The translations under genes were made by a program, and so were the position numbers. The notes under the pieces were generated by a model, which was not told the origin of the DNA, ran no database searches, and worked only from the letters and a program-made list of their open reading frames with translations. A stretch of DNA of 64,000 bases, from the NCBI GenBank assembly GCA_963674865.2, contig CAXXYE010000009.1, positions 1,632,001 to 1,696,000 of the forward strand, read 5' to 3'. Numbering within the stretch: the stretch's first letter is position 1; every line of letters starts with the position of its first letter. This document shows positions 37,889-47,202 of this stretch, one piece after another. The DNA is from Candidatus Hydrogenedentota bacterium (lineage in GTDB: Bacteria; Hydrogenedentota; Hydrogenedentia; Hydrogenedentales; SLHB01).

Positions 37889-39721
37889 ATGTGCGGCATA
37901 GCGGGATACATCGGTTCAGCGGTTGTTGACGAGGAACGGGTTGCGGCGTGCTTGGCGCAAATGGGCCGGCGTGGGCCGGACGCGGCGGGCGTGTACCGGC
38001 ACGCATTCGCGGATGATTGGCATGTTGTCTTGCTCCACAGCCGCTTGAGCATCATCGATCTGGATCCGCGCTCGAATCAGCCTTTCCGCCGGGACGGCCG
38101 GGCGCTGACGTTCAACGGCGAGCTGTATAACTATGTCGAATTGCGCGAGGACGCCGCGCGGGCGGGGGCGCGGTTCGAGACGCAGTCGGATACGGAGGTG
38201 CTGCTTCACGTTCTGGGCGCTTACGGCGCGGCGGGCCTTGATGGGTGCGAGGGGATGTGGGCGCTGGCGCTCTATGACGAGGCCGACGGGACGCTGCTTC
38301 TTAGCCGGGATCGATTCGCCGAAAAGCCGCTGTATCTGTATCGGAACGAGTTGGGGCTCTTTTTCGGATCGGAGGTGAAGTTCATCACGGCGCTCCTGGG
38401 GCGGACGCCGCCGATCAATTTCAACCACGTCTACCGGTACCTTGTCAATGGCTACAAGGCGCTGTACAAGACGCGCGAGACATTCTACGAAGGGGTCGAG
38501 GAACTGCCGCGCGCGGCCGCGATGAAGGTGCGTTCCGGGGGCGAGGCGTCGGTGGAGCCGTATTGGCGGCCCACGTTCGAGCAGGATGAGGCCCTTTCCT
38601 ATGATGACTGCGTCGCCGAAGTGCGCGAAGCGTTGATCCGCTCGGTGCGGCTGCGACTGCGGGCGGATGTGCCGCTGGCGTTTTGCATGAGCGGGGGGAT
38701 CGACTCGAATTCGCTGATCAGCGTGGCGCGACGTGTGCTGGACTACGATGTTCACGGATTCACCATCGTTAACACCGACGCGCGCTACAGCGAGCAGGAC
38801 ATGGTGGAGCATGCGGTATCCGAGCTCGGAATCCGGCACACCAGCGTGCCGGTGACGACGAGCGAATTCCTCTCGCGGCTGCGTGAACTCGTCCGGTACC
38901 ATGACGGTCCCGTCTACACCATCACGTATTACGCCCAGTGGCTATTGCTCGAGCAGGTCGCCGCGCAAGGATACAAGATCAGCATCAGCGGCACGGCGGC
39001 CGACGAATTCCTTAGCGGCTATTACGATCACTTCCTCGCGCACCTGTACATGGTGCGAACAGATCAGGAAACGCACGCTTCCGCATTGGCAGCCTGGAAG
39101 CAGCATGTACAGCCTCTGGTGCGGAATTCTTACCTGCGTGACTCGGATCTTTTTGTGCGTGATCCTGGCTTCCGAGGGCACATCTTCTTGAACGCCGCGC
39201 GTTTTGCCGCGCGTTTGCAGCGGCCGTGGCGCGAGCCTTTCATGGAGGCGGCCTACACGGAGGATCTGCTGCGCAACCGGATGCTGAACGAGCTATTTCA
39301 TGAGGCCGTCCCCGTCATCCTCCATGAGGATGACTTGAATGCCATGTATCACTCGATCGAGAACCGCTCGCCCTTCCTGGATCGCGGCCTGTTCGATGCG
39401 TGCCGCCGCATTCCAACGCGATACCTGGTTCAGCGCGGCTTCGCGAAAGTCGTGCTGCGCGACGCCATGCGGGGCATTGTCCCGGGCCGCATCTTGGACA
39501 ACCATCGGAAAGTAGGCTTCAACGCGCCCATCCGCTCATTCCTCGATACGGCCGATCCGGCGACGCGCCGTGAACTGCTGGCGCCTTCTCCCATCTATGA
39601 GCATGTCAGGCGCGAGGCTATTGAGGCGGTGATTGACAAGGAAGAGCTTCCAAACAGCGAGAGCAAATTCCTTTTCAATTTCCTGAACGTCAAGCTGTTT
39701 CTGGAGGAATTCGGCTCATGA
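37889..39721 (+). CDS. asnB: Asparagine synthase (glutamine-hydrolysing)-type amidotransferase
   Basis: MCGIAG, RRGPD, RLSIIDL, FNGELYN, SDTEV, SGGIDS, ENRSPFLD. Confidence 0.92.
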   Translation: MCGIAGYIGSAVVDEERVAACLAQMGRRGPDAAGVYRHAFADDWHVVLLHSRLSIIDLDPRSNQPFRRDGRALTFNGELYNYVELREDAARAGARFETQSDTEVLLHVLGAYGAAGLDGCEGMWALALYDEADGTLLLSRDRFAEKPLYLYRNELGLFFGSEVKFITALLGRTPPINFNHVYRYLVNGYKALYKTRETFYEGVEELPRAAAMKVRSGGEASVEPYWRPTFEQDEALSYDDCVAEVREALIRSVRLRLRADVPLAFCMSGGIDSNSLISVARRVLDYDVHGFTIVNTDARYSEQDMVEHAVSELGIRHTSVPVTTSEFLSRLRELVRYHDGPVYTITYYAQWLLLEQVAAQGYKISISGTAADEFLSGYYDHFLAHLYMVRTDQETHASALAAWKQHVQPLVRNSYLRDSDLFVRDPGFRGHIFLNAARFAARLQRPWREPFMEAAYTEDLLRNRMLNELFHEAVPVILHEDDLNAMYHSIENRSPFLDRGLFDACRRIPTRYLVQRGFAKVVLRDAMRGIVPGRILDNHRKVGFNAPIRSFLDTADPATRRELLAPSPIYEHVRREAIEAVIDKEELPNSESKFLFNFLNVKLFLEEFGS

Positions 39722-40836
39722 GGTACTGCCGCCGCTGCATCATCCCGGATACGCGGCCGAATATCAGCTTTGACGCCACGGGCCTTTGCAGCGCGTGCGC
39801 GGCCTACGAAGCGCGTCCACAGGTGGACTGGGCCAAGCGGGAGGCGGCATTCCGGGACGTGGTCGCGCAGGCGCAGGCGCGGAGCAAGGGCTACGATTGC
39901 GTCATTCCCGTCAGCGGCGGAAAGGACAGCACCTGGCAAGTGGTGAGGTGCCTTGAGTATGGACTGAATCCGCTGGCAGTGACGTGGAGGCCGCCCGCGC
40001 GGACGGCCGTGGGTGAGCGGAACCTGGCGAACCTGATTCGCCTTGGTGTCGATCACATCGATTACCGGATCAATCCCGACGTGGAGAAGGTCTTCACCTA
40101 CCAGGCCCTGGTGCGTTACGGCGATCCCGGTATTCCCATGCACATGGCCATTTTCAACATTCCGGTGACGGTGGCGGTACGATTCGGAATTCCGCTCATC
40201 GTTTGGGGGGAGAACTCGGCTATTGAGTATGCCGGCGACGACGAGGAGCACATGGGTTTCCGGATGGACGCGTCGTGGGTGGCGAGGTATGGCGTGACGC
40301 ACGGAACGACGGCGCGGGACTGGGTGTCGGAGGCATTGACGGAGAAGCAGTTGACGCCCTACTTCGGCCCGACGCCGGACGAGTTGGCGGCGCGCGAGGT
40401 GCTGGCCGTGTTTCTCGGATACTACTTCCCGTGGGATCCGGCGGCGTCGCTCGCTGTGGCGAAATCGCACGGCTTCTCGACGCGCGCGGAAGGGCCGAAG
40501 ACAGGCTACTATGACTACGCCGATATCGACGATGATTTTATCTCAATCCACCACTACTTGAAGTGGTACAAGTTCGGGTTTACGCGGCTGAATGACAACC
40601 TGTCGCTGGAGATCCGCCACGGGCGGATGACGCGCGAGGAAGCGGTGGCCATTGTGCGGGAACGGGGCGATGAGACGCCGCACGAAGACATCGAGAAGTT
40701 CTGCCATTTTCTTGGCATAACGAAGCAGAGGTTCTTTGAGATCATCGAGCCGTTTCGCAACCAGGATGTCTGGGCCAACCAAGGCGGAACCTGGATGATC
40801 GAGGACTTCCTGATTCCGGATTGGGATTGGACATGA
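39718..40836 (+). CDS. N-acetyl sugar amidotransferase (PseA/WbpG/WbuX family)
   Basis: YCRRC..PDTRP.I.FD..GLCSAC, YDCVIPVSGGKDS, WGEN, KWYKFGF, IRHGRMTREEA. Confidence 0.88.
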   Translation: MRYCRRCIIPDTRPNISFDATGLCSACAAYEARPQVDWAKREAAFRDVVAQAQARSKGYDCVIPVSGGKDSTWQVVRCLEYGLNPLAVTWRPPARTAVGERNLANLIRLGVDHIDYRINPDVEKVFTYQALVRYGDPGIPMHMAIFNIPVTVAVRFGIPLIVWGENSAIEYAGDDEEHMGFRMDASWVARYGVTHGTTARDWVSEALTEKQLTPYFGPTPDELAAREVLAVFLGYYFPWDPAASLAVAKSHGFSTRAEGPKTGYYDYADIDDDFISIHHYLKWYKFGFTRLNDNLSLEIRHGRMTREEAVAIVRERGDETPHEDIEKFCHFLGITKQRFFEIIEPFRNQDVWANQGGTWMIEDFLIPDWDWT

Positions 40837-41213
40837 GATGGATACCGAATAATCCCCCGCGGGAGTTCCGGGTGGGCAAGGACGGCGCGACCCGCCTGTC
40901 GGATTGCGGCCGCATTGCCGCGGCGCCGGATGAACAGGTGACGTTTCTCACGGAGGCGGGGAACGAGTATGACGTCGTGCGGAAGTCCTGGGGGTATTAT
41001 GCCACGCCGTCGCTAAACGGGCGGCTCAAGGAGCACCATCTTCGAGCGGCGCTCATCCGAAACGCGGCAAAGCGCTATTATGTCGTCTTAGTTGAGGAAG
41101 GACGCGAAGGCGAGTTCGAGCGCTACCTGGCGGATGAGGAGTCCGCGCTTGTCAGTTGGCTTGACGAGACGGCCGCGTTGGAATGCATCGAGCGCGGCGC
41201 GAAAGGCGGATGA
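40833..41213 (+). CDS. Hypothetical protein
   Basis: ATGA overlap in the operon; well-formed sequence EYDVVRKSWGYYATPSLNGRL. Confidence 0.75.
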   Translation: MRWIPNNPPREFRVGKDGATRLSDCGRIAAAPDEQVTFLTEAGNEYDVVRKSWGYYATPSLNGRLKEHHLRAALIRNAAKRYYVVLVEEGREGEFERYLADEESALVSWLDETAALECIERGAKGG

Positions 41214-41220
41214 GCGGGAC

Positions 41221-42075
41221 ATGGGTGACACGATGCTGAGGTGCCCGTTCTGTGAAAGCTCGGCGTTCGATACGATATTCGTCTACGATGCGCCACCGCC
41301 GGGCGAGGTCTCGTTTCCTTTGGAGACGGGGCAGTCCTATCATCGGGAGGTCGTCCGATGCGTCGACTGCGGCCATTTCCTTTCCCTGAACAGTATGGAT
41401 ATGAGTGGGCTCTACACGAGGGATTATGTGGACGCGACGTACGGCGGGGCGGAGGGCATGCGCCGGGCCTTTGAGCGTATCCAAGGGCTGGCCCCGGACA
41501 CATCGGACAACAACCAGCGCGTGAAGCGGTTTAGGGCGTTCGCCGAGCGCCGGTTTGCCGGCACCTCGCCGCTGAGTCCCCTAGATGTGCTGGACGTGGG
41601 CTCCGGGCTCTGCGTGTTTCTCGCCCGGTTGAAGGCCGAGACTGGATGGGACTGTACAGCCCTCGACGTGGACGCGCGCCAAGTGGCCCATGCTCGGGAG
41701 GCGGCCCACGTGCGAGCCGTCCAGGGAGCGTTCGGGGCGGTAGACAATCTGGGGCGTTTTGATGCTATCTCGTTCAACAAGGTGCTGGAGCACGTAAGGG
41801 ATCCGATCTCCCTGTTGGGCCAGGCCACGGCACACCTTTGTGAACGTGGCTTCGTGTACATCGAGCTGCCTGATGGCGAAGCGGCGGCGACGGCCGGGCC
41901 AAATCGTGAGGAGTTTTTCATCGAGCACCATCACGTGTTCAGCGCACGCTCGATGGGCCTGCTCGCGAAGCGGGCCGGATTCCACGTGATCGAGCGTGAG
42001 TCCCTTGTCGAGCCAAGCGGGAAATACACGCTCGCAGGATTCCTTGAGAGGTTGCCTGAGGAGGGGCATGGCTGA
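41221..42075 (+). CDS. Class I SAM-dependent methyltransferase with N-terminal Cys pairs
   Basis: CPFC/CVDC, VLDVGSG, KVLEHVRDP, IELP, EHHHVFS. Confidence 0.85.
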   Translation: MGDTMLRCPFCESSAFDTIFVYDAPPPGEVSFPLETGQSYHREVVRCVDCGHFLSLNSMDMSGLYTRDYVDATYGGAEGMRRAFERIQGLAPDTSDNNQRVKRFRAFAERRFAGTSPLSPLDVLDVGSGLCVFLARLKAETGWDCTALDVDARQVAHAREAAHVRAVQGAFGAVDNLGRFDAISFNKVLEHVRDPISLLGQATAHLCERGFVYIELPDGEAAATAGPNREEFFIEHHHVFSARSMGLLAKRAGFHVIERESLVEPSGKYTLAGFLERLPEEGHG

Positions 42076-42323
42076 TGGGGGAGCGGCCGGACAACCAAGA
42101 CGCGGGCTTGCCGGAGGAGTTTATCCAGTGGCGCGACGCCTCGATCGAGGGGGCGAAGGCCGATGTGGACGCAGTCCGCTTTGTGACGAGCTGGCATCGC
42201 TTCCCGGATCTTCACGATGTGCTGTGGTACCGGGATGTGAACCTCGGCGAGGTCCTCGAATGGGCGCTTACGCCTGAGGTGATCGCGATTCTAGCCGCGC
42301 GTGATGAGAAAGGAAGGCCGTGA
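42075..42323 (+). CDS. Small hypothetical protein
   Basis: Translationally coupled on both sides (TGATG and GTGA overlaps). Confidence 0.65.
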   Translation: MGERPDNQDAGLPEEFIQWRDASIEGAKADVDAVRFVTSWHRFPDLHDVLWYRDVNLGEVLEWALTPEVIAILAARDEKGRP

Positions 42324-43981
42324 GCGCGTCCGTTCTCTTCTCGATGATGCGGTACCGCGGGGGAGCGGGCGTGGCCAGGGCGGTGCTCGAACGCGGGGCG
42401 GTCGATTTCATCACGATGGAGCCTAGCACGTCGATCTTTGAGGAAATGGGCCTTCCTCGGCAATCCTTCACCGAGTACCTGCCGAAGAATGTTGAGCAAA
42501 CGATGGAGCCGGGGGCACTGAAGCGCCTGCGGGAACTGGTTGGTGGGATTCAGAGCGCCAAGTTCCGGGAGGCGTACGGCCACTTCGACGACGCCACCTG
42601 GGAGCGACTTCAAGAGGCAATGTACGGCGTTCTGCGCCGCGAGTTCTACTCATGCATGGTGAATATCGAGGCCCTGCTGCGTTGCGCCGCCGAGACGGAT
42701 CTGCGATTGCTGGTGTGCTCGGAGGATGTGCTTCCCACGTCGCGCTCCCTTGTCCTCAAGGCGTCGCGCATCGGGATTCCTTCCCTCCACGTTATCCACA
42801 GTGTGCCCTGCGGGGCGGCGACTTCGCATCCCGCCGTGCCCAGCACGCACCTGGCCGTGTACAGCGAACACACGAAGCGGCTGTACGAATCGTTGGGAGT
42901 CGAGTCGGACAGGATCTTCGTGACGGGAAATCCTGCGTGGGATCGGCTTGCCGGCCCCCCGAGGCCGGCGTTGCGCCGCCGCATCTGCCACGAACTCGGC
43001 CTGGATCCCGCGAAGCCGGTGATCACCTACGCGCTGACGAACAGCGGCCACTGGAGCGCGGCAATGGCGCGCTATCCCGAGGTGCACATCCGTATGACGG
43101 AGGCCGTTATTGAAGCCTTTACGGTGTTGTCGAGGAAGCATCCCGATTGGCAGTTCGGACTGCGCCCAAGGCCTTGGCCGGACACCTCCTGCCCTATCGA
43201 GGCTATGGTGGATGAGGCCCGGGAAGCGGGCTTGGCGCGGGCCTTCGTGGATCGGCTTGATCCATACGCGAGCGTCGCGCTCGCCGACGTGTCGCTCTCG
43301 ACGGAATCGAACATGGGCATCGAGGCTATGCTCCTCGGGAAGCCGGTTATCAACGTAGTCGTCTCCGCATTCGGCGGCGATGTGTATCAGGAAGGTTTCG
43401 GCCCCCTCTACGACGAAGAGGATGCCGTGTTGCCGGTGAAGGGCGTGGGCGAATTGGCGCCCGCGATCGAGTCGGCCGTGCTTGATGACGCTACGCGGAC
43501 GCGGCTGCGGCGCGCGCGAGTCCACAGCATCGAGCGGTTCAATGGTTCCAATGATGGCAAGGCGGCACAGCGCGTGGCCGATCTGATCATCTCGTTGATG
43601 GAGCGCGATGGACGTCGTCTTGAGCATCCGCGGCATCCTTACGTGACGGCGCGCTCGGAGCGGCGCGAACGGGCTGGTGAGTACAACGCCCGAGGCGAGG
43701 CGTGCTTCGAGGCGGGGGATTTCGATGGTGCGGTGGCGGCATTCAGCGAGGCTATAGGGGAGTGGACGGAGAACGCCTTGTTCTTCAACAACTTGGGCAC
43801 GGCTCTCCATGCGCTGGGCAGTTACGAACTCGCGTGGGATAGCTTTGTCGAGGCGCTGCATGTGGATCCCTACCTCGACAGCGCGCGTCAGAATCTGATG
43901 GCCGTGGGGGCGGTACTACAACGTGAGGACGAGGCCCGGGCGCTATTGGCGCTGTTCGGTGTCTTGGGCCGGGACGGGTAA
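42320..43981 (+). CDS. GT-B fold (CDP-glycerol transferase/sialyltransferase-like) protein with C-terminal TPR
   Basis: GIPS..IH, VTGNPAWD, SNMGIEAMLLGKPVI, DGKAAQRVA; TPR-like helices FNNLGTAL..ARQNL. Confidence 0.7.
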   Translation: MSASVLFSMMRYRGGAGVARAVLERGAVDFITMEPSTSIFEEMGLPRQSFTEYLPKNVEQTMEPGALKRLRELVGGIQSAKFREAYGHFDDATWERLQEAMYGVLRREFYSCMVNIEALLRCAAETDLRLLVCSEDVLPTSRSLVLKASRIGIPSLHVIHSVPCGAATSHPAVPSTHLAVYSEHTKRLYESLGVESDRIFVTGNPAWDRLAGPPRPALRRRICHELGLDPAKPVITYALTNSGHWSAAMARYPEVHIRMTEAVIEAFTVLSRKHPDWQFGLRPRPWPDTSCPIEAMVDEAREAGLARAFVDRLDPYASVALADVSLSTESNMGIEAMLLGKPVINVVVSAFGGDVYQEGFGPLYDEEDAVLPVKGVGELAPAIESAVLDDATRTRLRRARVHSIERFNGSNDGKAAQRVADLIISLMERDGRRLEHPRHPYVTARSERRERAGEYNARGEACFEAGDFDGAVAAFSEAIGEWTENALFFNNLGTALHALGSYELAWDSFVEALHVDPYLDSARQNLMAVGAVLQREDEARALLALFGVLGRDG

Positions 43982-45496
43982 TGTCTTGGCGGCCGAACGG
44001 AAGGTCCGGGTGGCCCGCGTTGTGAGATAGATAAAGGGGAAGGCCATGACCTGGCGCATCCCCGCCACAGTGGACACCTGGCGCACCATACGGCGCATTT
44101 CCCCGAAAAAGGCCTGCCGCGTGGCCCGATCCTCGACGAGTCCTTCCTCTTTCACCGCCAAGAGTCGGTGGGAGCAATAGAGTCCGAAGGCGAATGCCGC
44201 GAGGAAGACGAAGTCGAGGCCCTTCAGATCGAGTGTGCGAAGGGCGAGGTTCGTCTGCTCCGTCCGCCAATTGAGGAAGCTGAGCGTGAGCTTAAGTTGG
44301 TAGGGTTCGAAGGCATCGGCTGCGAATCCGGCGAACAGGGGTGCGATGGTGGCCGCTAGACCTGACACGAGCGAATTGACGGCAAGGTAGGCGGCGCCTT
44401 TGCCGTAGGGCGCCGCCTTCAGCGTGAGGTTGCTGGCGCAAAGGGCGACGCCGGCCGTGGCGATGCCGGCGATGATGTGGATACCGAACAGTATGGGCAG
44501 CGTGAACGCGTGGCGTTCGGGCATTGTCGTGAACGGCCACAGGAGAAAGGTGCAGAAGAACAGGGGGACGCACAGCGTCAAGACGGCCTTGTTGCCGAAG
44601 CGCTCGGACAACCTGCCCCACAGGCCGAAGAAAAGCACGTTGAAAAGCTGGCTGGTGACACTCAGTGTGAGGACCCACGTCATGCTGAGTCCGAGCCGTG
44701 ATATGAGATAGACGGCGAAGAAGGGGGCGGCGAAGTTGACGGCGAACACCCACCATCCCAGGAACACGAGAAGCGGCCGATATCGGCCGTCCCGGAGTGG
44801 TTCGGTGAGTAGGCTCGTGAGGCTTGCGTGCTCCGCTCGGGGCATGACGGGCTCGGGCGTGCGCGCTAGAAAGCAGAGGGCCGTGAGGCCGGATGTCCCC
44901 CCGATGGCGAACAGGGCCGAATAGGCCAGCGTGGGGTCCATGTGTGTCTTAACGAAGTCGAGGGCGGCGCCGCCGAGGAAGCTGATCAACGCGCCGACGA
45001 GCGTTGCCCAGGTGAGCCGGCTCGCAAGAAACGAAGCCATGCGCTGCTCGGGTATGACATCCCGAAACCAGGAGTTGTATGCGCATTGTGCGATGGCGCC
45101 AATGCCGAAGTGGGCGCACAATAGAATCAGGATCGCTGCCAATCTGAGCCGAGTTGGGACAAATAGGGGCACCATGGCGACGATCAGGAGCGAGGCGCGG
45201 CTCAGTCCCCCCGCCAGCGTGACTAGGAGCTTTCGCATACGGATGCGTTCGAGGAGGTAGATGGCAGGTATTTGCACGATCTGGGCCATGGGGCCCACGG
45301 CGGCTAAGAGGCCGATAGTCTTGTTCGACGCGCCTAGGTGCAAGGCATATGCGACGACGAAGGGCCCCATGGTAAGCACGAGCATGACCTGGCCGAACAC
45401 GCCCTCGTAGAGCAGGTTGTGCAAGCCTTTGTCTACACTGCGTTCATCCAGCTGGTTCTGTGGCCGTATCCAGTTGAACACGATGAAACCCTTCAC
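43943..45496 (-). CDS. MFS transporter
   Basis: About 12 TM segments; WGRLSERFGNK motif A-like. Confidence 0.8.
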   Translation of the reverse strand: MKGFIVFNWIRPQNQLDERSVDKGLHNLLYEGVFGQVMLVLTMGPFVVAYALHLGASNKTIGLLAAVGPMAQIVQIPAIYLLERIRMRKLLVTLAGGLSRASLLIVAMVPLFVPTRLRLAAILILLCAHFGIGAIAQCAYNSWFRDVIPEQRMASFLASRLTWATLVGALISFLGGAALDFVKTHMDPTLAYSALFAIGGTSGLTALCFLARTPEPVMPRAEHASLTSLLTEPLRDGRYRPLLVFLGWWVFAVNFAAPFFAVYLISRLGLSMTWVLTLSVTSQLFNVLFFGLWGRLSERFGNKAVLTLCVPLFFCTFLLWPFTTMPERHAFTLPILFGIHIIAGIATAGVALCASNLTLKAAPYGKGAAYLAVNSLVSGLAATIAPLFAGFAADAFEPYQLKLTLSFLNWRTEQTNLALRTLDLKGLDFVFLAAFAFGLYCSHRLLAVKEEGLVEDRATRQAFFGEMRRMVRQVSTVAGMRQVMAFPFIYLTTRATRTFRSAAKTLPVPAQDTEQRQ

Positions 45497-45735
45497 CCCG
45501 TTGATCGCCTGGCGCTTAAGTATCAGGCCAGAGGATAACTCCTACACAGACAGCGCGGCAACCAGGAAATCAAGCGGCCGGCGGCTGTGGTCTCACGGGG
45601 AGAAGTGTCAAGGAAACGGCCGAGGCGGCGCAAGCAGAAAGGGAAGGCCGCGCCGGATGGGCGTCGCCTTCCCTTGTGCGCACTAATGGGCCTCGTAAGC
45701 CGCAGGTTGGTATTGTCTGCGGCCGGGCCTGAATG

Positions 45736-46977
45736 CTATTCGTCGCCCTTCTTGATCCATTTCTCCTTGAACCATACGTGCTTGATGGTTTCATTCGGTT
45801 TGGGTGAGTAGGTGTAGGTGACGTGAATCATCTTGTCCCGCGTCTGGATGACGGTGGGATAGCTCGCGTGGGGATTGTCATCCGGGGGCGTGTGGTTGTC
45901 TTCGATCACGCGATGCCACTTCCAGGTGGCGCCCTCGTCGTCGGAGAGGTAGGCCGTCAAGCGTGAGCGTCCATGGCGGCCATCGCGCCCGCTGAGGTCA
46001 TTGCAGAGAAGAATCCAATCACCATTCTTCAGTTTCGTAATCGATACGCTCGACTCGGGATTGCGAATCTCCATGTCGTGGAAGTTGTCCCAGGTCATGC
46101 CGCCGTCCTTGGACTCCGCGACGCGGATGTAACGCAACGGGCCTTTATCGCGGCCATAGGCCATAATCGTTCCATCTTTCTTCTGGATCAGGGCCGGCTG
46201 GATCAATCCGTAGTCGGCCATGGGCTCGCCGTACTCCCAGGTCTGGCCGCCGTCCTCGGTGAAGCAGGACATGGATGTGCAGAAGACGTCCGAGTAGAGC
46301 CCGATCATCATGCGTTTGTCTGAGAGCATGATGGGCTGGCAGCGAGGCATCCAGGTGAGCATGCCGGGGAGGCGGCCCCAGACGCGGTCGTGCCACTCGG
46401 CCATGTAGGTGTCGTCGATGCGGGCCATGCGGACGCCGTGATCGAGGCGTTGCCGGTACTTGTCCTCAAAATCGAACATCTTCCCGAATTTCTTGTCCAC
46501 GCCGGCGGCCATCCTGTCCATCACGGCTTCAAGATTCTTGGGCCGGCACAGGATGGTGTCGTTCCATTCCCACTTGGGCGGCCCGTCGCCCTCATAGTCG
46601 GTGGATGTGCGGTACTTGAGCAGGTAGGTTTCACGGGTGTTTGCCAGTGAGGAAATCCACCACAGGTAGAGCCTGCCGTCCGGGTCGATATAGAGGACGG
46701 AGTTCTGGTCGGGCAGGTCCTGGTTGTCGGCCATGACGAAGGGCTCGCTCCAGGCATCTTCGCCCTTGCGCTTGCGTGCGCCGCTGATGACGAGGGTGTC
46801 GTCGGTCTTTTCTCCACGGCCGTGGAACCAGGCGACGAGCAGGTTGCCCTCGGGCGTCTCGACAATGCTCGAGCTGTGGTTATGCATCTCCTCCGGCGGA
46901 AAGACATATTCCTCGAACAAAGCGGGAGCTGCGGGGACTCCGGCCGAAACCAGCACAACTGTCAGCAGCAAACTCAT
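45736..46977 (-). CDS. Secreted BNR/Asp-box beta-propeller (sialidase-like) protein
   Basis: Signal peptide; HSSSIVETPEG.LLVAWF; Asp-boxes TEDGGQTW, SKDGGMTW, SDDEGATW; SYP; GGAGG RBS. Confidence 0.8.
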   Translation of the reverse strand: MSLLLTVVLVSAGVPAAPALFEEYVFPPEEMHNHSSSIVETPEGNLLVAWFHGRGEKTDDTLVISGARKRKGEDAWSEPFVMADNQDLPDQNSVLYIDPDGRLYLWWISSLANTRETYLLKYRTSTDYEGDGPPKWEWNDTILCRPKNLEAVMDRMAAGVDKKFGKMFDFEDKYRQRLDHGVRMARIDDTYMAEWHDRVWGRLPGMLTWMPRCQPIMLSDKRMMIGLYSDVFCTSMSCFTEDGGQTWEYGEPMADYGLIQPALIQKKDGTIMAYGRDKGPLRYIRVAESKDGGMTWDNFHDMEIRNPESSVSITKLKNGDWILLCNDLSGRDGRHGRSRLTAYLSDDEGATWKWHRVIEDNHTPPDDNPHASYPTVIQTRDKMIHVTYTYSPKPNETIKHVWFKEKWIKKGDE

Positions 46978-47202
46978 ACCTGAACCTCCTGTGTTTGCGT
47001 TGTAATCCGGCAGGATTGGGGCCTTTGTCGAGGCCCTGTGCGCGTATCGTACACGTTGGCGCCCATGCGCGTCCAACGAGTGCTCGAAAGCGGCGGGAAT
47101 CCCGGCTCGGCCACGCATCTTTGAACCCACGGGGGATATTGGTGTCTTAAGGGGAGGTATGAAGATGCAAACCGGACCGGGTCCGGAAGAAAGGAGCCTG
47201 TG

